Origin: Selaginella moellendorffii
Lineage: Eukaryota > Plantae > Lycopodiophyta
DNA: 64,000 nt
Direction: 5' to 3'
Assembly: GCF_000143415.4 (NCBI RefSeq)
Contig: NW_003314299.1
Coordinates: 1,347,502-1,411,501 of the forward strand
How positions within the stretch are numbered: the stretch's first letter is position 1; the number at the start of each line of letters is the position of its first letter. The translations under genes and the position numbers were made by a program. Below are positions 1 through 12,540 of this stretch, in pieces. Under the pieces are notes generated by a model, which worked only from the letters and a program-made list of their open reading frames with translations, had not been told where the DNA came from and ran no database searches.

Positions 1-1359
1 AAGATATAAGAATGACGCGGAACTTGCCTGCCACCAAGCAGGGCCGGGCATGAGAAACGTGAAAAAATTACGAGCGCTGCAAACGATGGAGCGAGTTTGT
101 CCTGGAGCCATTGGGACGTTGAAGGAGCAAATCCATATCTCCCATGTCTTGGGACCTTGAAGAGGTAGTGTAAGTGGTATCTCGATCCTGAACAAAACAT
201 TGTTGAAGAGCTCTATCGCCAAAAAGTAGCCAAGAACTTACTTGTTTATGTAGTAGCATGGAGCTAGAAACTCGGCCGTGATCTTTGGAGTGTCGGAATT
301 GGCACCAGAAAATCCCCATGGGCCTCTCGAATCCACCTTGAAAGTAAGAGGCTTGGCTCTATCCCTCTTGCCTGTAACCTTCAGTCGCAAAGCTTTCTGT
401 CTAGCTCAAAAAGAACTGTGATACTGGATCTCCATACCTTGTGATGAGCGAAATCAATGTGTGATGGATCGGAAACGTTCTCCATAAGTGTGTCGTAGCC
501 ATAGAAGAGATCACGCTGTATAGTCACTGTCGAAAAGCTAGGATCATCAAACACAGCAGGCAATCTAAACAACAAAGACACACTTTAGCACATAGATTTT
601 GATGCCAGGATCACTTACTGAGGAGGTTGTGTTCTTTGAGCGCTTTCCCAGCCTTTCTCGTCAGGCCAAACAAACAGGAGCCCTTGCGAAACAACCGCAG
701 GAAAGGTGATGGCACACGCTCTTGGAGAAGCGACCGCTTTCGACTCGGGGCCTTGAGTTGCCGCTTGCGGAATTTTTCCACAAGAGCCATCGCCCTTGAA
801 TGACCAGCCATGGTAAGAGCACTGAAGCCATCCATTCTCGTCAATCCTTCCTTCCTGTGCAGGGAAAAAAAATACCTCTCAGCCATGAACACATATAAAA
901 CTAGGAAAAAAAATTTAAAAGAAAACTTACCGATAACGGAGCCAATCTGTGAGGACATTGATCCGAGAAAGCCCTCCAGTTTCCTTCCCCGTCCTTCCAC
1001 ACAACTATCTCCCTCCCCAAGAGCTTGAATGGAGTAGCGGCCTTTGGATCCAAATCCTCTACAAGAGAAACCGGGTACCAGTGCTCGGTCCACGAGAACT
1101 TCTTGTCCTCCTTGTCCTGGCTCTCCCCAAGACTTTGCTGTAAGAATTGTTGCTCGTCTTCTTTCACAGTGCTACTAGACCCTGGCGCTGAGGAAGTTAT
1201 TGCACCTGTGACCGTAATTTTTCCTCTTCTTCTCCTGGAGAAACTTACAAAACCGATGGTTTTTCTTGCCTTGATGAAGGCACCAGTGCTGCAACTGGTA
1301 CTGCTTGCGAGAGTGTCTGAGCGTAGACTGTTGCACGCGATTCCTCCATAGACTGCCAT
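1..1359 (-). CDS. PAO: Pheophorbide a oxygenase (Rieske non-heme oxygenase), multi-exon, 3' part beyond window start
   Basis: Transit-peptide-like N-terminus; Rieske motif DQCPHRLAPLS; mononuclear-iron motif DLFYGYDTLMENVSDPSHIDFAHHK typical of plant PAO/ACD1; short GT-AG introns. Confidence 0.9.
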
Positions 1360-1588
1360 GGCGGCTAAGGAAAGGAAAAGTGAAGTTCAAAGATCAAGTT
1401 TTGCTTAAAACGAAGTTCGAGAATGTTCGCAAACCACGGTAGCTCGACACGGCTCTCGACTGAAAACGAAATATCTTGGGCCTCAAGAAACTGTGTTAAA
1501 ACTGATCGCGTGATCATGTTAAAGTGACAAAAAAGTGCCGACTCTAATTCCTCAATGTCCAAGCACTAAAACCGAGCAAACCTGAAAT

Positions 1589-2827
1589 CTATCTTCTCTT
1601 TTTGAAGCTTTTCTTTTGTTTGCGTTTGTTGTTTCGACCGGCTGAACTCTTTTCCATAATCTCTGCAAACTTACGCTTTCTACACAGAAGGAAGTGCAGA
1701 GCAACTAAGCCAGGAAAATTCAAAAAACAATCTCGATCAAACCTGAAAGTTTGAACGCCGGCATCTGCGAGAAGCTCCTCTGCGATTGTGGCTTTACGTT
1801 CAGCCCTGGTCAGCCTGCTTGAATAAAACTCCCCAGGTCCTTCCACAACAGTACCAATCTGCACTGGTCATTAGAACTTCCTCTATATCACAAAACCTCT
1901 ACAGCTATTTACCTGAAAGTACTTGGGAAGTTTTTTGGAATCCTCCTTCTTGTAGTGACGCTTTGGATCCAGAGCACCTCTCAACTAAAGAGTAGCATCC
2001 AGCAAGCTCTTAGATCGAAGCTTTCAAAAGCAATTCATACCTTGATAAGCTGAAGCTCTCGTTTCAGCTCTGGTGTCAAAGTTTGTGCAGGCATGTTAAA
2101 CCTGTGAAGCTGTGAGTGAAAGAGAAAGCAGAAAAACTACACAAAACTTACCATTTAGCACCAGCTGTGTCAGGGATATTTTTTCTGGCAAGCTTATTGA
2201 GCTTGCGAACGTTCCGTGTTGGTACGAGCAGTCCGTCTTGCAAATCTTTCTCGGGATCCATGATAGAACTCTGCAACTTTGTCGTAAGAAGCTGTGTGGA
2301 AGTGGGAAGGCCAGTGTTTGGAACCCATGAAACTGCTTTCGGTGAAGCTTTCTTGATAGAAAAACATTGTTTCTCTAGAGCTTGGCGATCCCCAACACTG
2401 CTATAGTCACACATAAGGAAGAACTTGAGAAAGAAAAAACTTACCTTGTAGAACCCGAATGGACGCGTAGTGAATTCACCAGTAAATCGACCATGCCTTC
2501 GTCGTTCTCCTCATCGTCGTCGCTGCTCTCACTATCGCTGCTCACTACCACCACATCACTCGATCCATTCGCGACAGATCCATCTCCCACGCTTGGAATT
2601 TCCTTCTCCTCCTTTCCACAATGATCTGATCTGGCATTGGCGATCACAGGCTCGGCCACAATTTCCTTTTCTTGCAGTACGGAAGAAGAATCTCTCCTCT
2701 CAGCTTCCAGCGCTCGCGGCTTCTTTAGCAATCCATCCACTTTCCTGGTGAGATTCTTGAGGCCAGTCCTCAGCATCATGATGGCTGGCGGAACATCCCC
2801 AGCATTCTCGTCATCTGCGCTCGCCAT
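1589..2827 (-). CDS. Fcf2-domain pre-rRNA processing protein, multi-exon
   Basis: Exons give FNMPAQTLTPELKRELQL...QIGTVVEGPGEFYSSRLTRAERKATIAEELLAD and a basic C-terminus; acidic N-terminal exon. Confidence 0.8.
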
Positions 2828-3069
2828 AACCTGAGAAGACAAAGAACCCTAAACCCCGCCAAACCCTACCGCATCCAAGCCGTCCAAATTCAAAGCGGAG
2901 TAACGACAATCTCCACCGTCCAATTCAAAAAGCCGCAGAACCAAATCGTGGCCGTTCGTCGTAATCCACAGTTGAGGCGCGCCTAGGGCTTTTAGCTCCA
3001 CAATTTTGGCGATGGCGGGGGCGAGCTTCTCGCCTTCTCGGCGCGCGTGCTACATTTGATCCACTAGCG

Positions 3070-5936
3070 ATGGGAGAGAATGAATCGCTGTTCCAAGGCA
3101 CGTCGCGATGGCGGCGAATGTCGATGGATACGCTCCACGCAGCGGATGATGTCAGGTATGCTTACGATTTTAATTTTTTTTCTATCTCACCTGTTTGAGT
3201 GTTCGTGTGTTTCTAGGCGCGATGGACGAGCTAAGAGTGCGCCTTACGTATCTGGGAAATATAATCGCGCTGGCTCACTTACCACCGAAGGTACTCCGTT
3301 AGCTAGTTCCAGCTGGGATTGCAATGTTTCTTTCCTTCTTTCTTTCATTCAGGAATTCCTTTGTCTACTCCAGCACCACTCTACAAGTATCTCAACCGGG
3401 GACCTAGTGCTGTAAGTCCACAAGAAAGGCGTGTTTTTTCTTACGGGGTAGCTTCTCCTAAACGCAAATTCACTCTTGCAGAGTCCAACACTTACGAAGA
3501 ACTGGCCGGAGCTAAAGAACAGACCACGTAAACCACTTCGAAGTATGCTTTTCAATGTTCTAGTGATTCACGTCATTGACAGGATAGTATTCTTGGTTTG
3601 CAGATAGGCCAAATGATTGCCTATACATTGATGACATCAAAGGCTGCCGTCCTGATCCAAAGGTAATTGTTTTTTGTTTTGATGATGCCGCAGCGATCTT
3701 TTTCAGAACATGAAGCTAGGAAACAAAGCGAGAGGCACAAGCCCGCTGGTCCCGGAATACAAGTTACCAAGTTTTGTAGAGCCTTCTCCTTATGAGCCGA
3801 AGTTCTTGAAAGACAGGTCCGTTTTCTCGCTTGTAAGTGTCCTTCATTAACATCTGTTTTACTTGTCTCAGCATGAACGTAAACGACATTGATGGGAGCC
3901 GACCATCATCACGAATTTCATCCAGGGTAACCTTTTGTGCGTATACAACACACTGAAAGCGTAGTAATTTTTTAATCAAGTCCTTTGCCAATGTAGGGTC
4001 TTTCTGATGGTCCAGGAGAGGGATCACATGACTGTGACGGACATAGAGGGCAGCACCGCTGGCTGGAAGCCTACTCACAGGCGTAACTTTGGTAACTCTT
4101 TTTTCGTTTGGAAGTTTAGTGGAGAATAAGTATGACACTTTCAGGGAAATATACAAGGGATTTATGCTTGCAAGTTCATGATATCAGTCCACCAAAATGT
4201 AGATACGTACGTGACCCCTGCTCTGAAGTGTACGAGCCGGTCGAAGGAGCACATCCACAACCGCGTTCACGGCCGAGAAGTCCATGGTCACCTGTTGATT
4301 CGAGCCTTCGTACCGCTGACATCGAGGTGAAGACGTCAGTTGTGAAAACGTGTTCGATTGACGACCGCATAGCGCTTTCTTCAGGGTACTGAAGCAGATA
4401 GTATGCTTTTAAAGTCTAAGGTGAAAATGCGGAAGAAGAAGAGCGCCAGTCGGAATATGGTGACCACTCAACAAGAAAAGGCAGAGCTGGTTGCCGTAAA
4501 ACTGCTCAAGACGAGAGTGTTGGTATGTTTAATACGATTCAGAATATTTTTCTGATGTATTTTCTTGGCAGGATCAAATGAAAGGGAAAAGCTGCAAAGA
4601 AGTCGTGCGCGCTTTCAAGAATAAAGATCGGCAAGCATCTGGTTTTCCTGACTTTTACTCTGCCGTTGCGTGCGTCTTACTTTAAAACTGTGTGCAGGCA
4701 AACTTACTATTGATGAGGTGGAAAACGTGTTTAGAGCCTTGGACGTCGGTCTAAATTCTGCAGAACTAAGAGTGTTCTCGACAGCCTTTGACAGTTCAAT
4801 AGATGGTGAGCATTTTCCTTGTGGACTTTTCAATCGTTGTTATACCTTGCTTGCAAGCAGGATATCTCAACTACTGGCAGCTCATCAAACACTTGGTCCC
4901 TGTCGTTCCGTCGAAGATCAAAACGCCGGGTGCTACCAGGGTGGTGCCTATGGCACTCCAAGGATGGTCGCAGACAGTAGAGCCGCAGCCTTGCTTCTTC
5001 CAAAAGTCCAGAGACGAGACTTACGCAACGGAGAAAGCACACGAGATCTCAAGCCAAACAGAACGACTTCGAGAGGCACCAAAAGCGGTTGACAAGAGTA
5101 CTGTAGAGGCTGAGACGGAAAAAGAAGAAGATAAGCGCGACGCGGCGCTTCCTTGGCGCCGCCTTCACAGCATGGACCTCAGCAGGCAAAGGAGACAAAG
5201 CGTACAGTTGCGAGGAAGACAAAGGAGCTCGCCACTGCCGATAGGCGGCGCGTTTTGGCCGGAGGTGAAGCTGACAGGGTCGCCAGTGCCTCCCAAGTCG
5301 TACCTGTCGCTATTCCACGACCACCACGAGCCTCACAACATGTCTGGCTACTACCGGGTCTTGGACGACTCCGAGAAGAGGTGGTCGACGAGAGTCGGCG
5401 AAAACTTATACACGGGCGAGGCCAACGTCGTTTGCAGCACTTCTTACTCGGAAGGCACGCAGTGGACGAGGCCTCCAAGCTCGCAGAGACGCTCCAGCAG
5501 CCGGTGTAGCACGCCTCTGGTGGACACGACTCGCCCGTCCACGGCCATGTCCGGGAGAACTTCCAGGCCATCGACCGCTCTATCAGCGACGAGACCCTCC
5601 ACCGCCATGTCCGTCTACTTCGACGACGACGATAACGTTTCCAGCCGAGCAGCGCACTACACGGACGAGAACTCGGGATATCATCAATCCAGGGGTGGCG
5701 ACGTCGCCAGGAAACTTAAGCGTCCACAGTCGGCATCGACGGTTCTTCTTCGTGGTGGCACGCCGGAGTGCTTGAGGACGATAAGCAACATGAACAGCGT
5801 GGGTTTAAGGCCGTATACAAGCCACAGCGCCGTGAGAAGCCGGTCACCTTTTAACAGATTGACGATGCCACAGGGAGTCCAGAGGCAGCTGTCGCAGATG
5901 ATGGACGACATTGCGGCAGTGAAAGCTCTGGTTTGA
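3070..5936 (+). CDS. Uncharacterised multi-exon protein with an EF-hand-like pair and Ser/Arg-rich RPSTA-repeat C-terminus
   Basis: Several GT-AG bounded exons; LTIDEVENVFRALDVGLNSAELRVFSTAFDSSIDG|YLNYWQLIKHL resembles an EF-hand pair; long terminal exon to 5936. Start codon uncertain. Confidence 0.55.
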
Positions 5937-6309
5937 GAAAAGGAGCTAGCGAAGTGCGCACAAAGGTACCTCCTTTTTCTTTTCTTTTTTTGAGATGACT
6001 GCTTGCGAAGTTGTGGATGAGCAGAGTTTCTATAAGGTACACCAATCTCGCGAATCTAGACTAGATCGAGAAGAGGAACCTTGGACTAATGTGGTTATTG
6101 AACTCTCGCTTGTGATATCATAGAGCCACATTAATGTATATGTGCAATTGTGCCAATTTTGATCCAGAATTTTCTTCCAAGCTCAAGAGTATGCTCTATC
6201 TTCTACAGTGAAATTCTCACATTTCTAGAAATATCTCGGAGGAAAGTCCACAATAGAGTCTCATCTTCTCATGCGGATAGCTTCTGTTGAACGTAAAATC
6301 ACTGTCAAA

Positions 6310-7030
6310 GGACTGGCCCGAGCTAAAGAGCAAAGTATGGATAAATGATTGCTTATATACATTGACGACATCAAAGGCTGCCAAAGGTTCCTGTTTTGAT
6401 TGAAACGCCTAAAGCTATCAAAGGAAGCCTCACGAATTCATCTTGCAGCGCGATGTCCAATACGATCCCAGGATCAAACTAAAGCTCCAAAGAAGTCGTG
6501 CGCGCGATCAAGAACAAAGATAGATCGGCAAGCATCTGGTTTCCTTGACGTCTACTCTGCCTCGCGTGCGTCGTACTCGAAAACTGTGTCCAGGCAAAGC
6601 TCTACTATTGATCGTTTTCTCGCCAGCGTTTGACATTTCGATAGGCGGTCAGCATTTTGGTTGTGTGCTTCCACTGAAGAATGTAGCCTCGCCGCAGCCT
6701 TTGTTTCATCCTAAACTCCAGAGACGGGACTTACGCAACGAGATCTCGAGCAAACCAGACGCCAAGCGCCACGCTCCAAAAGCGGCGCTGTAGAGCAACA
6801 GAAGAAGAGGACAAGAAGCACGACCGCTTGCTTGTCGCCGCACTCACAAAGCAAGCAGAGAATACTGTTGCGAGGAAGACAAAGCAGGGCCAACGTCTTC
6901 AGCCGAGCAGGGAATTACCCCAACTTGAGGTCATCAATCCAGGGGTGGCGACGTCGCGAACAAGTTTAAGCGCCTGGGCGCACGCCAGAGCACTCGAGGG
7001 CGAATGAATTGCGTGGGTTTCAAGTCCGTA
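6310..7030 (+). pseudogene. Eroded tandem duplicate of the 3070-5936 gene
   Basis: Collinear fragments match ~3505, ~3610, ~4570-4700, ~4980-5050, ~5125, ~5205, ~5630-5720 and ~5800, joined by many deletions; no long ORF. Confidence 0.75.
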
Positions 7031-8376
7031 AAGTTGACGGACGTGAAAGGAGCAAAAGTATAGCACACAAAGCTCGGCTTTTCTTTCACTAAGTCGGGTT
7101 AAGGTACACTAATTGGAGGTCACGAATCGTGAGAGTTCGACCACCTTTGTACTGGATGGATGAGGTACTTGATTCGGCCATTTTGGGGTTAACAAAAACA
7201 AGGGGATAGGAGCAACAGCGTGGAAGGCCAGCTAGCTGCCGTGGTTGCCAGACGCAAAATAGCTGAGAAAACTAAGGAATGGCAGTAGGATAGATATATG
7301 GCGCAGCAGCACTTATCCATTCGCCTGGTAAAATGGCCTCTTTATCTGCGTGGGTAGTCGCGAAAAATCTGACCTTGGGGTGGCGGACTGCTCGAAAACT
7401 CTTGTTGTGATTATCCATCTGTGATCAATGGTGAGTCAGGAAATGCCGAGTTTTCGTAAGAGAGAAAGGGAAAAGAATGAGATCATCTGTGATCAGTCAG
7501 CAAATGCGAGGCAGCAGAAACTTGGGAGTCAGCAAAAGATTCCTCCCTGTCACTGACTTCCAAGTTTGCAAATCAGGAATGCAGCTATGGAGTTGCATTT
7601 TTTTTTTTCTTCCTCCAAACCAGAGACATGGATCATATAACCAAAGAAGTTCTGATCCATATGGAGAAACTCCCAAATTCCCTATCCAAGAAGTTGAGAT
7701 CAGAGAAACCAGGGAGACTTTGGAAGCAAGAAAAGGTTCTGGAGTTCTTTGTCAAGCTCACATTTGTCAAGAACAACTTTGAGACACCCTTTTTCTCTCT
7801 CTTCATTTTTTCCTCCAATTTTTTCTCTCTCTGATTCTCCTTCTGCTTCCGCTTCTGCTGCTGCTGCTGCGCTGCAAAACACGAGAAAAAAGAGTAGAAA
7901 AAAAACACAGCACTCCCATTCATCAATTCCACTATGCCATTTTCAGTCAGATCGAGAGAGAAGAAAAACTAGAAAAACAAGAAACACACACCACCTGCGA
8001 TTTTACAGTCAAGAGATTCTTTTTCTGATTTCCTCTGGAGCAGCATCAAGCTTGGCCAGAAAAATAAAAACCAAAGTAACATTGAAAAAAAGGGGAGAAG
8101 AAATCCTCTAAGTGTATATCATCTTCACAATATCATACCTAGGGAAGGAGGCAAAAAACCAGAGAAAATCCTGCTCTTCTTCTTCTTTTCTTGCCGTCAT
8201 TGTGCTCAAAACTTCAATCTAATCCAGTGTGGGTGAGAGGGAGTGAGAGAGATAAGATCGAAAGGGATGAAGAACAAGGCTAGACAACTATAAGAAAAGA
8301 AAAGAAAAAAAACTGACCAAAACGCGAGGAGCAAGCGATTGGATCGACCCAACAATCGTTCGTCCTCGCTCTTGGA

Positions 8377-9216
8377 TCACCCGCCCAGGAATCCAGTCTG
8401 CATCCACACTGCGTTCCTCACTCGCCGGAGATCCATCCCTTTGAGCGTCCTCCCGGCGCCCTCGTACACCGAGAAGGCAGTGTGGCTCTTGGCATACTCC
8501 CTCGCCGCGAGCTCGTGAGGAGGGATCCTGTTCTTCTTCCTGCCCATCTCGCGGCCGCGCGGATCCAAATCCTCCTCCTGCCACTCATCCTCCGCCTCCT
8601 CCACCTCCTCGGGCTCCTCCGATCCATCGAACCCATTCTCCTTGCCGCCGCGCTTGTCGATCCCCAGGATCTTGCTCCAGTCCGGGATGTTCACTGGCGC
8701 CGACTGCTGCTGGATCATCTTCCCCGGGTGATCGAAGGACGAGACCTGGGGGATCATCCGCGAGGCCGTGGTGGATTTGCGCACTGGCGCCGCGGTGGAC
8801 ACCTCCTTGGCGCTTGGGCGATTGATGGACGAGAGCCCCAGCGGCGAGGCTTGCTCCTTGGTGGAGGATTCCAGCCCCAGCCACTGGCGCCCACTCTTGA
8901 GGAATCGCGCCGATGGCTGCTGCTGAGAGGGTTGATTCTCGTCCAGATCGTCGGCTGAATTCTCGTCGCCGCCCCACACGTCCTCCTCCCGGAGCTCGCT
9001 GTCGGGTGGATCGAGCATCGAGAGCGGCGACGGGGATGATCCGGGAGAGATCCCGAGGAGCTTGTCCCGGCGGCTCGGCCCAGCCGCCGCGGCATTCCTC
9101 TCGCGGATCACGCTGGAGAGGCCGCTGGAGATGCGCTCCTTGGGTGCCACCGCGGTCATTCTTGTCATCATTGCAGCTCCTCTCGCTCGATGATCACAGC
9201 TTCTCTTTGTTCGCAC
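8377..9216 (-). CDS. Senescence regulator S40 / DUF584 family protein (intronless)
   Basis: Motifs [18 protein letters not shown] and [28 protein letters not shown]. True start may be the ATG near 9170. Confidence 0.9.
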   Translation of the reverse strand: MRTKRSCDHRARGAAMMTRMTAVAPKERISSGLSSVIRERNAAAAGPSRRDKLLGISPGSSPSPLSMLDPPDSELREEDVWGGDENSADDLDENQPSQQQPSARFLKSGRQWLGLESSTKEQASPLGLSSINRPSAKEVSTAAPVRKSTTASRMIPQVSSFDHPGKMIQQQSAPVNIPDWSKILGIDKRGGKENGFDGSEEPEEVEEAEDEWQEEDLDPRGREMGRKKNRIPPHELAAREYAKSHTAFSVYEGAGRTLKGMDLRRVRNAVWMQTGFLGG

Positions 9217-12200
9217 GCGCTCGTGAGAGGAATTCTGGAAAGGGGAAAGAAGAGAATTCCTGCCCAGAAATCCTGGCTAGAACTAGGGTAGATCGATGGA
9301 TGGATCGATCAATTGCTCTTAAAGCTGATCGCGATCCAAGACTTGTGCCGCACGATGCTGGAGCTCACCACACACCCCACGCTTCGACCATCCAACTCGA
9401 TAGCTTGGAGAAGAAGATGAAGAACACGGTTGCGTCTAGAACTCTCTCAAGAAAGGGAAAACTTATAGAAGACCCAGTGTAAGGAGAAATGAAACGAAGA
9501 TCTCTCTCCTTCCTCGCGATGGCGCTTGGATTGGATCAACGGAGAAAACAAAAATGCCCCTTCCGGAAGAGATGGAGAGCGCAAAAAAAAAGAGGGGAAA
9601 TCTGGAATCCAAATGCTCTCGCGAAGCAGCGATGGAAGGCCGCGCTACAAACCAGTGATTGAGAGACAAAAATTTGAGAGAGATCCCTTCGCAATACCGC
9701 AACACAGCCAATCTTCTTCCTCTCGCTCCGCGAGAACCCTAAAAAATGGCCCTCGCCATAGCTTCCATTTGGATTTACTCCTGAAATTTTATATGCTGCT
9801 CATCCGTGGAGGACACCGTCCTTAGCAGGGGATCGTTTACACCAGGGGCCCTTAGTAAAGTGTGGTTTAGGTTTGGTGGAGTTTAAACTCGGCTTAAACC
9901 CGTGGCGTTTAGCGAAACCCATGATTGGGTTAATTTCAAATGATGACCTTGGATTAAAGTCTAAGTTGATTGTTCAGGGTACGTTGGAATACGCGAAAGT
10001 ATACGATGCCATCATCGAGCGTTAAAAAAAAACTTAAATTCCTGCGCAGAGAGTGTGTTGATGGCCGGAATCGTGATCATGGGATTCAAAGTGGATGATT
10101 ATGCGGGGGAATATGCTCGTCCGGTATGAACCTTGGGACTTTGGGAAGAGTTACAACATCACAAAGGCACACGGGGCATATAAGTTACATGGATGGATGG
10201 AATTGAATCTCTCCGAATCCTTTTTTTTTTTTTCTCTCTTTTATTTGCGAGTACCACGGATGAATGGATCGACAATCAATCGATCAGCGTGACGGATCGA
10301 TCCATCCGTGGCTCGCCACACTTGCTTGCAGCGAGCGAGTGCGTTGTCACCTCGTCATTATCAGAACCAAAGGAGAAACAAAAGACAAAGCAATCGGCGA
10401 CGAAGAAGAGACGAGCGCGCGGCGCGCAACCTTAAGTTTCTCCTCCACCTGTGAAAGCTTCCAAAACCGGCGGATTGTTACCAGGGAACCCTAAAGCCAA
10501 ACACAATGGAGGTCCGTCCACGTAAAAGTGAGAGGGCATCACGGAACCTTTAAAAAGAATGGGCGAGGTGACAAGTTACATCCGGTAAGAAACGTAGTAT
10601 ACTTCCCCCTAGGGTTCCGTAAGCGACATGGCCACCTTTCCCCTTACAAGCCCGAAAGTTATAAAATTCTAGGGTCAGCATCGTCCGCCAACTTCCAGTA
10701 TTATAACAGTGGACACATAGACACTATACTCACGCCATAATACTGCCAATGTGCCAGAGATACACCCAACAATCCATGTACGGCCATCCCGCCCCTCTAG
10801 CGAATTGCCCGGTCCCCTTAGAAATCTCCATGCATTCCATTCTTGTCCATACCATACCATACCACCACCCTGTGGCGCCTCTGGATTGGCCCTGGTTTAA
10901 CATAAGCGAAGATTAGGGTTTTTCAACCCCGTTAGTTTTAAACTAACCCCGACTGTCGTTTACGGTTTCTTTAGCAGGTGCCTATTAGTTTAATTTCCCT
11001 CGTTTTGCGGGTGCGCCGTACGAGACGCGATTCCCGCCAGTGGGCCTTAGCGTACGGCCGCGTCAGTATACGTGTCCCGGGGCCACGCCAGGGACACGTG
11101 TCCCGCGGATAATGTGGGAAAGCGACGTTGTCCCCATCCCGTAGGTACCCATAATGAAATGATGGGTATGGGCCACACACACAAACAACGCCAGCGCGTA
11201 CGGACTGAGCCAGTGACCAGCTTGTGTACGGAACGGCGCAGTGCTCGGTAATCAGCCGGCAACCTTGTTGTTAATTCGCGCGGTGTTAAAAACGGCCAGC
11301 CACACAAACAAGAGTGGGAAAATCATAGGTTAATCGGGAGACAATGTGGATGATGAAGATGGATAGAACCTTGCTTGGATTGTCACCTTGTCGCCACTAA
11401 ACGTTTAACAAGGCTTATGAGGAGACAAAAGATTTGATTACCAATCCCGCTGATACGCACGATCTCGTCGCCGAGTTTAAAATGTTCTAAGATCGGGCAG
11501 CTGTGCCGTCGTAAGTGGCTGCTTTTGATAATCCGTTGATTATTCCTGGTTATACATGATAAAAGCTTGGCTCTCGATCGATAGTAAGTTTACCTCTTTT
11601 GTCTTTGGGGGCCTTTTTGTAAAGCTTTTGACACTGTGACGAGCGATTTAGCACCGCCCGTATCGTCGTACAAGAGTGCTGCCCAGAATGGTGACACTAT
11701 CTTTCTCTTTTCTTCGCTGGATGGTCTATAAAGAAATAGCAAAGTCATTGGAAGTATGAATCAGCCTGCTTAAATTTCAAGTAGTAGTACTCACTTTCCT
11801 TTGTTTTAATGGAGTCGCATATGCAACTTGGAGGATTTGCAGGCCAAACCTCTGCTTCCGTCCTTGAACTCGCTGTTCAAAGCAAAAAAAACATAAAAAA
11901 GCAAACCTTTCATGTGACCCGATGGATGAGGCGTCACAAGCTCCTGCTTTGTTTTGTAATCCCGAAATCACACGGACTGCAATTACAATCCTTGGAAAAG
12001 TTTGCCTCCTCCTACTTGACCTTTGACAAAGCCTTGCAGTGGTTCTGTGAATCATCAAACAGAGCACCATTTTCTCTCTGGAAGATAAAAAATTAAAAAG
12101 AGGAGACAATCACTCAAGGGTCCTACGCCAAAGGAACAAAATCAAGATCGGAAAAGCAAGGGAAAAAAAACTTGCAAAAAACAGTTGCTCACCAGTCTGA

Positions 12201-12540
12201 AGTTTTTATTTTTGTTTTCCCAGTGGATGACCGAAGCGTTACTTTCACCACCCAAATCCAAACAGTGACTAGTGGACCTTGCTGTGAAAGCGGCAGTCGA
12301 GCTGTTGAGAGTGGGAAGCCTTTGCTTTCTGCGCGTATATAACCATTCCACAAAAGAACATTAAAACGCAAACGAGAAACCTGTTTTGCAGCACCAACGC
12401 GAGCGCTGCCTCTCATAGTGTTGTTGTTGTTGTGGTCGAAAACGATTGAAGAAGCTTTCCTCCAACCGGTGGATTGTTGGCTGTTGCTCGAGTTTTTAAT
12501 GCCGCAACTGTTTTTTTTTTTCTTGTTGTTCCTTCGATTG

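Noticed and set aside
9800-11700. Possible ncRNA or regulatory elements (ACACGTGTC G-box/ABRE-like site near 11094, short inverted repeats)
   Set aside because: No tRNA, snRNA or snoRNA structure that I could support; short motifs are expected by chance.
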